A DNA stretch of 50,063 nt from the NCBI GenBank assembly GCA_027371755.1, contig DAHXLF010000002.1, positions 1 through 50,063 on the forward strand. Direction: 5' to 3'. Shown in pieces: positions 1 to 7,121 of the stretch (its first letter is position 1; each line of letters starts with the position of its first letter). A program made the translations under genes and the position numbers. Under the pieces are notes generated by a model. It saw nothing but the letters and a program-made list of their open reading frames with translations. It was not told the origin of the DNA and made no database searches. The stretch is from Acidimicrobiales bacterium. Its GTDB lineage: Bacteria; Actinomycetota; Acidimicrobiia; Acidimicrobiales; JABEUL01.

Positions 1-54
1 AAAGAAAATAAATTACATCCTCACTGACACTGACGAAAATCATACGTGCCATAA

Positions 55-573
55 TCATTTAGGGAGTCGCCTAACAAACAAGAAAATGAAGCTATTAAAC
101 AAGCTAGGGAGAAGCATGCAAAATATATACCAACTGTTTATGACAATGGGGATACGAACAGACAACTTTTAGCTAGAAGCTGTTACCTCTTATTTAAGCC
201 ACCCACCAAGTGGACCGCATCTCAGAAACTACGAGCCGACATCGTCTTCAAAGAATATCCTAAATTGGAAAGTGCCTATAACCTTTCAATGATGTTTCGT
301 TCATGTTATGAAAATAGTGGCTCAATAGCTGAAGCAAAAAGGAAACTCCAACAATGGTATGAAAAAGTTGCAGAGAAAAATATTGAATCATTCAATGCAG
401 CAGCAGAATCTATCTCATTACATGAAGATACAATTTTGAATTATTTTATCAATAGATCAACCAATGCCTCAGCTGAATCATTCAATGCAAAACTTAAAGG
501 ATTCAGATCTTTAGTAAGAGGTGTGAGAGACAAGAAATTCTTCTTATTCCGTGTCTCAAAGCTATATGGCTAG
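55..573 (+). mobile_element. ISL3-family transposase, C-terminal fragment (decayed or truncated)
   Basis: The frame is open from 55, beyond the TTG at 265 used by the ORF track. The translation ...DNGDTNRQLLARSCYLLFKPPTKWTASQKLRADIVFKEYPKLESAY...ILNYFINRSTNASAESFNAKLKGFRSLVRGVRDKKFFLFRV matches the conserved ISL3 C-terminus. Stops at 25-27, 31-33 and 52-54 interrupt the same frame upstream, and no DDE core is present in the window. Confidence 0.75.
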
Positions 574-734
574 AACCATATATTGCGTATGATCCATATC
601 GGGTCATACCAAATATATAGTTCTGAATCGGAATGGGTGGCGGTTTGCATCGGAATATGCAGTTTCTTAAAATTTCTTGCATATTTCTCTCATTCCTAAC
701 GGACTCATTAAAATTGAATGAATTATATTTTATC

Positions 735-1352
735 CTAATATAACTTTTTGAGTAACAACCATGATGGAGCTTTATTTGAACTAATACATTTTCCGTTGTT
801 AGGGATATATGTTCCGTCACCTTGAATATTTAACCCTGGCTCGGTTGTATCTTGATAAGGACCAAGATACGGATAATTTTTCCCCCATAATGCGGATTTT
901 ACAACTTTAGGTCCAGAATAAGAAAGCAAAAATTCGACGCAATAACCTTTATAATATTCGGCCAGAACTACAGCACCATAAAAGGGATTGGCTTTCGTAC
1001 CGCTATTAAATATTGATACGGTCATAGAAAATATTGAGTTCTTATTGGTTAGCGGGCGAGATTGAAAGTGAATTCCGGCTCCCCATGTGTTCAAATATTT
1101 TATTAATAATGAAACTGAGATAAACCCATTTTCATAAAAATTAGCATCTTCGTTGACATAACCCCCAACATTAGCAACTGGTAGTCCAAACTGAGCAAAC
1201 CATGCAGGACCACCCATCGGGGCGTTATTTGCTGTTACAGTCGAATTTTCATATCCACACCAAACAAACCCACCTACTAAAATCAAAATAACCAAAATCC
1301 CAACCAAGATTCTCTTTTTACTTTTAGATTTTATTTTTAACAATGTAACCAT
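735..1352 (-). CDS. hypothetical protein with an N-terminal membrane anchor or signal sequence
   Basis: 205-aa ORF. The basic N-terminus KSKSKKR is followed by the hydrophobic stretch ILVGILVILILVGGFVW. It overlaps the upstream gene by 16 nt, consistent with an operon. I recognise no family. Confidence 0.55.
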   Translation of the reverse strand: MVTLLKIKSKSKKRILVGILVILILVGGFVWCGYENSTVTANNAPMGGPAWFAQFGLPVANVGGYVNEDANFYENGFISVSLLIKYLNTWGAGIHFQSRPLTNKNSIFSMTVSIFNSGTKANPFYGAVVLAEYYKGYCVEFLLSYSGPKVVKSALWGKNYPYLGPYQDTTEPGLNIQGDGTYIPNNGKCISSNKAPSWLLLKKLY

Positions 1353-2626
1353 TTACCGTTAAAAGAATTTAAAAGCGGACCATTTAGATTAGAAAGTGAG
1401 ACTTGAGGATACCCCGAATAGGTCGGGATTGAAGATTCTCCAGCATTCTTAATAAGTTGATAAGGTTTAATCCCTATAACACTAAGAGTTCGGGAATTAG
1501 CCCCAATACTTTTCCATTTTACGGTATTGTTAATTCTCCAACCTATATTGGCATTTGTCATATATTCTGTTCCAAAATCTACCATAGGTCTTCGACCTGA
1601 ATACCCACCCAGACCTGGAATACCGTGGTTCATTTGAGGTGCTTCAATTGTAACTGAGGCTCCGTACGGATAAAAATAACTGTTATTTTTATTAGCTGGA
1701 TCCACGGCATCGGGTATTGTTTTAACCACAGTAGGATGTCCTCCGTTTTTATAAGTTACAGATTGATTTGATAGTATGAACGCAAGTTCATTTTTATATG
1801 GTTTATATGCCATATAAGCTGACATTTTGTTACCGGGAGAATCTGGTATCGCTAAGGCATTCGCCTTATTAAAATTATTGACACTCAAATATTCATAAAA
1901 TGGGACAATGTTATTCTTCAGCCCCGGCTGCACTTCAGAACCAACTTGAGCTAAGGGATAACCGGCACCTGGTAAGCCTTGAACTGGCTGATAAGATATC
2001 GGAGAATATCCGCCAAATCCAACCCATGTAGATTCAGCGGGATTGCCACAAGGTGTTTTATGGGATGCAACTTGAGTGTATTCTGCTGTGATTTTTTGGA
2101 TATAGGGTCCGGTAGGAGGGTAGGTATTGGGAGCATTGGGATCAGGAATTTCGTTGCCTGCAGCATCAGCAATATATCCTGAATCGTTGGGGAAGGAATC
2201 AGGGGTAATACAGTAAATCCCACAAGAAATATCATTATAATCTTGCGTTTGATATTGTGTCTTGTTATCTACAATATCCATTGAACTTACAAACTTAGCC
2301 CAACTTTCATATGCAACCTGTTGTGATTTATCGGGTGGTGTCGGGAAACCATATTTTTCTAACTCTGATTTTGTTGCAGTTAATGGATCAAATCCGTTTG
2401 GAGGTATTGGAGAATGAACTGTTGTTCCGTTTATATTATATACATATTCTTTGCCTCCGTCACTAAATCTAATAGTACGTATCGGTGTAAATTTAGTCCA
2501 TTCTTTTTCCGGTTTAAATGGAACATGAATTCTCATTACTTTTCCTTGAAATTGAGAATAAGGTGGATGTTGTACTGGTTTAATATGATCACAGTCATGT
2601 AAAAACATTAACGACAGTGAAAGCAA
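1337..2626 (-). CDS. hypothetical protein with a peptidase G1 (eqolisin, glutamic peptidase)-like domain
   Basis: 429-aa ORF with a TTG start and an uncertain N-terminus. Motif order resembles G1/A4 peptidases: SELEKYGFPTPPD (prosegment-like), NDSGY, STWVGFGG...LAQVGSE (candidate catalytic Gln), FYEYL, VTIEAP (candidate catalytic Glu), VDFGT. No obvious signal peptide. Confidence 0.5.
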   Translation of the reverse strand: MLSLSLMFLHDCDHIKPVQHPPYSQFQGKVMRIHVPFKPEKEWTKFTPIRTIRFSDGGKEYVYNINGTTVHSPIPPNGFDPLTATKSELEKYGFPTPPDKSQQVAYESWAKFVSSMDIVDNKTQYQTQDYNDISCGIYCITPDSFPNDSGYIADAAGNEIPDPNAPNTYPPTGPYIQKITAEYTQVASHKTPCGNPAESTWVGFGGYSPISYQPVQGLPGAGYPLAQVGSEVQPGLKNNIVPFYEYLSVNNFNKANALAIPDSPGNKMSAYMAYKPYKNELAFILSNQSVTYKNGGHPTVVKTIPDAVDPANKNNSYFYPYGASVTIEAPQMNHGIPGLGGYSGRRPMVDFGTEYMTNANIGWRINNTVKWKSIGANSRTLSVIGIKPYQLIKNAGESSIPTYSGYPQVSLSNLNGPLLNSFNGKWLHC

Positions 2627-3157
2627 TCCTATTGCTTTAAATTCATTTAAATTTCCTTTTTATTATTTATAAGTAAATTTCTGTTTATTAAGAATCTTTA
2701 ACGGTAACTATTAAGGTACTATTTTATCAAAATCCAACACTTTAACTTTCATTTGTAGTTTAATGGATCATGCTGAATTCATAGTTCTAATCGTATAGCG
2801 TAGATAAAGAAGATGTATTTAAACTAATCAATGGAATACAAAGTGAATCGATGCAATATTTCCGTAGACTCCCTCTCGCTAAATAAGTCAGTTTGTGTCT
2901 AAAAAATGTCTAAAATTACTCGTGATCAGTCAAAGTTAGGCGGTGTTACTCATCTTACAAATCACGTAGATATGCGGGTTCTGGGGCTAGTCGTGGTAAA
3001 TGATAGTACGATAAACTTGCATGTATTAATAAGTGTTTCACGGATTCTCAACAAACGTGAATAGCCTTGGTCTTCCGGTATGAATGTGGATCAAGTTGAG
3101 ATAAGCTGAGAAACATAGCGGTCGAAGAAATAAGAACAAGCGGCACAGAGATAATAA

Positions 3158-3592
3158 TCTAACAAAAGCGACAATTTGTCTGATTGTTACCGTTTACCTA
3201 AACATAGAAACACTGAGTTCTTAAAGTTCTTAAGGAAAATAGACAAAGAAGTTCCAAAAGGATTAGAAATTCACTTAATACTTGACAACTATGCAACTCA
3301 TAAACATCCAAATGTCAAAGACTGGTTAAATAAACATCCAAGATTTCATCTACATTTTACGCCAACTTCAAGTTCCTGGTTAAATCTTGTAGAAAGATGG
3401 TTTAGAGATATTACAGATAAAGCAATAAGACGAGGAGTATTTAAATCAGTTCCTGATCTAATAGAAGCAATTGAAAAGTATCTAAATGCAAATAACAAAA
3501 ACCCAAAGCCATTTATATGGACTCAGAGTGCAGAGACCATCTTAGAAAAAGTCAAGAGGGGTAGAGTGGCACTAAATAAAAGTACCAGTTAG
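3158..3592 (+). mobile_element. IS630-family (DDE_3) transposase, C-terminal remnant
   Basis: LILDNYATHKHPNVKDWLNKHPRFHLHFTPTSSSWLNLVERWFRDITDKAIRRGVF is the conserved C-terminal half of actinobacterial IS630 transposases. The frame opens just after a TAA at 3155-3157. The N-terminal HTH and the first part of the DDE domain are absent. Confidence 0.8.
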
Positions 3593-4113
3593 TTACGCGA
3601 CACTACACTAGCAGTCGAAAAAAATTGGAATGAACTTAATTTAGGTATCTATGAAAGTGAACTTGTGTTTGCAATGGTTGATGAGGCAAGCTGGCGCAAT
3701 CAACTCAACGAACTGATCAATACGTAAGCTTAAAGTTGTTTGTATCGGGTATTACGGTGGATAATACGGCGGCTTATGTATTATACGGTCGAATAACCGC
3801 GAGTCGGCAAGGCGTTAGGCTTCGGCAGATACGTTATCGATATTGAAAAACTGATATCAAATTGTGATAATTTCCGACAATTTTAAGTTGTCTGTTGCCA
3901 AATATCACTTTAAAAACTCGATTAACTTATGTTAAGATGGGACTGCATTTAAGTGGACTTTGATTTAGAGTCTTAAACGTATTATTTTAATTATTTAAAT
4001 TGAAAAGTGCGCTTTTGAATATTGCGAGATCGATAAGTAATCATAAAAATTAGTCGATTTTCCATGGTGCAAATCCGCCGATATTGTTTTTAAATAAAGT
4101 TTAGGTAGGTTCG

Positions 4114-4536
4114 ATGAAAGTAAATATGATGCTTTGCGATGCGGCTCAAGTTGCGGACGGCAAACTGTATATTTTGGGCGGAGGATGGTCGATACTTGTA
4201 CCCAAGCCCATACCTACGGCAATAGCCTTAAGGTTCGAAGTCGACTGGATGGAGGCCGATATCGACCATCACTGGAAACTTTGTCTTATAGATGCCGACG
4301 GTGAACCCATGAAGATAGATTCTGGAGAAGGTCCAACGCCCATTGAACTTGAAGGTGACTTTAGAGTTGGGCGCCCTAACGATTTGCCACCGGGGGCTTC
4401 GATCGATATGGTAGTTGCAATTAACTTGTCTCCATTGCCATTTTTGCCGTCCACCAGATATTCGTGGGTTATGAATATTGACGATCAGACACACGAAGAT
4501 TGGGCAGTAACTTTTACCACACGGGCACTCGACTAA
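4114..4536 (+). CDS. conserved hypothetical protein of about 140 aa (from memory resembles an actinobacterial DUF family; unverified)
   Basis: 140-aa ORF MKVNMMLCDAAQVADGKLYILGGGW..., acidic and soluble-looking. It sits alone between about 0.5 kb non-coding flanks. Confidence 0.65.
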   Translation: MKVNMMLCDAAQVADGKLYILGGGWSILVPKPIPTAIALRFEVDWMEADIDHHWKLCLIDADGEPMKIDSGEGPTPIELEGDFRVGRPNDLPPGASIDMVVAINLSPLPFLPSTRYSWVMNIDDQTHEDWAVTFTTRALD

Positions 4537-5081
4537 TCGACGCTTTAAATTAGCAATAAGTAGACATTCTCTGGTTTGCATTTACGTATCTTTTGAAACT
4601 GATTGTAGAGATTCCTTGGGCGACGGTTTCGCCAGAGTTAAACAGAGTTAAACCGTCTATTGAAAATATAGTTTTTTTACGCAAGTTGATTAAACCAAAA
4701 CGTCGTGTTATTTGTTGTACTTTTTACTACACATGTGATCTATTGCATGTTGATGTTGTGATCCATAAATTAAATTGGCGAATAATCCAACAATCTAAAA
4801 TTCGTCGTCGTATTGAACAAACGCTGCTTTTTTTAAAACAATTGGCACATACATAAATACGTAGACGCCGCAATAATATTTAGACGCGGTGATGAAATAA
4901 ATATCTTGTTTTCTATTAATTTAAAACCATATTTTGCTTAGGTTCTTAATACAATGTGGTCAGTTTCTTGATAGGTGACTTTAGTTTCAAAATTAATTGA
5001 ACGCAGTTTGATTTAAATTATGAAACCTTATAAGATGGTTAGCTAACGGTTAAATTTAGGTTAAATGAGGTGATATTTTAA

Positions 5082-7007
5082 GTGTCCGAAAAGAATAGTT
5101 TGCCTGTTAAAGAACGTTCGCAAAGAAGGGAAAGTAGTTTAACTATTAATAGTTCATTTAAGTCTTCAGTAAAGTTAATTGCTGTTTGCATAGCGATATT
5201 CGGATTGGCCATTCCTGCAGGTATCTTGCTGTGGGGTTTAAATAATAGTGCCGATTCAAACGCAACTACCATAACCTCTCATAGGTCAAATGAGCAAATA
5301 GCGAATTTGTTGGTTGCAAACCCCAGATCGGTAAGTTGTGTTACCCTTAACTTTTGTATGGCAGTCGATTCGATAGGAGATGCGTCCATATTTAATGGGA
5401 CAAGTTGGTCTCAAGTCGTTGCAGCCGATCCGCACAGCTTTCTTACCTCCGTGTCTTGCGTGACAGTAAAATTTTGTGTTGCAGTAGACGGACGGGCTGA
5501 TTACGTTATATACAATGGCTCTACTTTTAGTTCGCCTGCGGCAGCTTCGGCGGGGCTTAAACAGACACTCACTTCAGTATCGTGTGCCACGACTAAATTT
5601 TGTGTATCAGTAGATTCTAACGGCGACGAACTCACCTTTAACGGTACCACCTGGCTACCTCTAAAATCGATAGACAACAAAACGCAGTCTACGGCAAATT
5701 ACATGGTACAGGTGTCTTGTTCGACTTCGAACAGTTGTGTTTCTGTTGACGATGCAGGAAATGCGGTGGTGTATTCAAACGGAAAATGGGGCAAGCTTAC
5801 CGCAGTCGACAAGGTCTATCCTACGGGTATATCATGTTATGGCGTTCAAAAGTGCGCGTTAATTGACGGCAGCGGGTCGGTTGTAGCTTATCAGTCAGGG
5901 AACTGGAGTTCTTCTACTTTAATTGACCCTCAAGGTCGCTTAAATTCAATATCGTGCAACAGTTCGGGAAACTGTATGGCTTCAGACCAGTCAAATAACT
6001 TATTTGTGGGCAGCGCAAATTCAGGAAGTTGGACAAGGATTCCGGTTAGCAATCTGACCTTAAATGCCATTTCATGTAGCCCAACTTCTGCCTCCTTGGC
6101 TTGCGTTGTTGTGGGTTACGGCGGTTCTTATGTGTATTCAAATTCACATCTATCAAGTCTTATTTCAATGTATACCAACGTTAATTCGTTTACCTCGGTA
6201 AGTTGTGTAAGTTCCGCATTTTGTATGGCCGTCGGAAATTCGGGCATGTTTTCGATATTTAACGGTACGACAATACCGACTATGGGCTATGTTAATTTGA
6301 AGGAGCATGGAATATACGTAACTTCGGTGTCTTGTGCTTCAACTTCGTTTTGTATGGCGGTTGATCAAAACGGAAATTCAATAACATATAACGGAAAGTG
6401 GCTGAACTCTCAGACGATAGATGCCAACGGATACTTAAATTCGGTTTCCTGCGTTTCCTCAACTTTTTGTATGGCAGTCGACGGATCGGGCTACGCTCTG
6501 GAATATCAAGGTTCAGCAAAAGGCTGGTCGCAGCCCACAGCGATAGATGTGGCAAATATGGGATTGAACTCGGTTTCCTGCGTTTCCTCAACGTTTTGCA
6601 TGGCAGTCGATGATTCAGGCAACTATGTGATTTTTAATGGCACGGATTGGTCTAAAACTGCCAGTTTTGCCTCGGTAGCAGGTTTTGATTATGTTTCTTG
6701 TTTTGCGGGAAATTCATGTACGGCAGTTAATCAGGCAGGGCAAAGTTGGTTAATTAACCCCACGGGAACTACAACAATTCAACCGCAGCAGCCTGCTGTA
6801 GGTGTCAACGGCACCGTTAGAGGAATCTCGTGCAATTCTGCCACAACCTGTAACTTTGCTAGCTCATCGGGTTCTAATTTGGCAACCGTTGTCCCCGAAT
6901 TGCCTATAGGTATTTCTTGCCCGAATTCGTCGTTTTGTTTAGAGGTAACGGTATCAGGAAATGCAATTGCAATTGCATCTGGAGCCAGAACGTCAATTTC
7001 GAATTAG
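5082..7007 (+). CDS. membrane-anchored repeat protein with 14 two-cysteine, beta-propeller-blade-like repeats
   Basis: GTG start, with GAGGTGA 9 nt upstream. TM segment LIAVCIAIFGLAIPAGILLWGL. Then 14 units of about 40 aa with consensus S-V-S-C-x-S-x-x-F-C-x-A-V-D-x-x-G-x(4-6)-N-G-x-x-W. Confidence 0.85.
   Translation: MSEKNSLPVKERSQRRESSLTINSSFKSSVKLIAVCIAIFGLAIPAGILLWGLNNSADSNATTITSHRSNEQIANLLVANPRSVSCVTLNFCMAVDSIGDASIFNGTSWSQVVAADPHSFLTSVSCVTVKFCVAVDGRADYVIYNGSTFSSPAAASAGLKQTLTSVSCATTKFCVSVDSNGDELTFNGTTWLPLKSIDNKTQSTANYMVQVSCSTSNSCVSVDDAGNAVVYSNGKWGKLTAVDKVYPTGISCYGVQKCALIDGSGSVVAYQSGNWSSSTLIDPQGRLNSISCNSSGNCMASDQSNNLFVGSANSGSWTRIPVSNLTLNAISCSPTSASLACVVVGYGGSYVYSNSHLSSLISMYTNVNSFTSVSCVSSAFCMAVGNSGMFSIFNGTTIPTMGYVNLKEHGIYVTSVSCASTSFCMAVDQNGNSITYNGKWLNSQTIDANGYLNSVSCVSSTFCMAVDGSGYALEYQGSAKGWSQPTAIDVANMGLNSVSCVSSTFCMAVDDSGNYVIFNGTDWSKTASFASVAGFDYVSCFAGNSCTAVNQAGQSWLINPTGTTTIQPQQPAVGVNGTVRGISCNSATTCNFASSSGSNLATVVPELPIGISCPNSSFCLEVTVSGNAIAIASGARTSISN
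5328..7004 (+). repeat. 14 tandem coding repeats of about 120-135 nt within the 641-aa gene
   Basis: Repeat boundaries were read from the protein (aa 83-641). Units 10 and 11 share a 23-nt identical stretch (6441-6463 and 6570-6592) and about 41 nt with 2 mismatches. Confidence 0.85.
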
Positions 7008-7121
7008 GCATCTGCAGATATTTAATGTGAAGTCGTTTGTAAAAAAGTATTGGATTGGTAGACAGTAATACATTTGAATACTTGAATACCGAAGTTAAGA
7101 AAAAAATAAGGAAACAGAAAC

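Noticed and set aside
503-820. 105-aa minus-strand ORF overlapping the end of the ISL3 fragment and the end of the 205-aa gene.
   Set aside because: It overlaps two better-supported features, its sequence is low-complexity and unfamiliar, and it looks like a typical shadow ORF.
1951-2602. ORFs 1951-2235 (-), 1979-2182 (+) and 2414-2602 (+) inside the 429-aa gene.
   Set aside because: They are alternative-frame or antisense shadows of a long ORF with coherent domain motifs. None has recognisable motifs.
3593-3727. A 45-codon open frame directly following the IS630 stop (…AVEKNWNELNLGIYESELVFAMVDEASWRNQLNELINT*). It could be the 3' end of a gene disrupted by the IS insertion.
   Set aside because: An open stretch of this length is not improbable by chance. 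There is no start codon and I recognise no family, so it is unsupported.
4228-4856. ORFs 4228-4581 (-) and 4269-4454 (-), antisense to the 140-aa gene, and the 87-aa ORF 4593-4856 (+).
   Set aside because: The antisense ORFs are Arg/Gly/Pro-rich mirror frames of the sense gene. The 87-aa ORF starts with TTG, lacks an RBS, and has an implausible Cys/Ile/Arg-rich composition.
6292-6613. ORFs 6292-6591 (-) and 6398-6613 (+) with internally repeated peptide sequences.
   Set aside because: They are off-frame readings of the tandem coding repeats of the 641-aa gene. Their repetitiveness is inherited from that gene.
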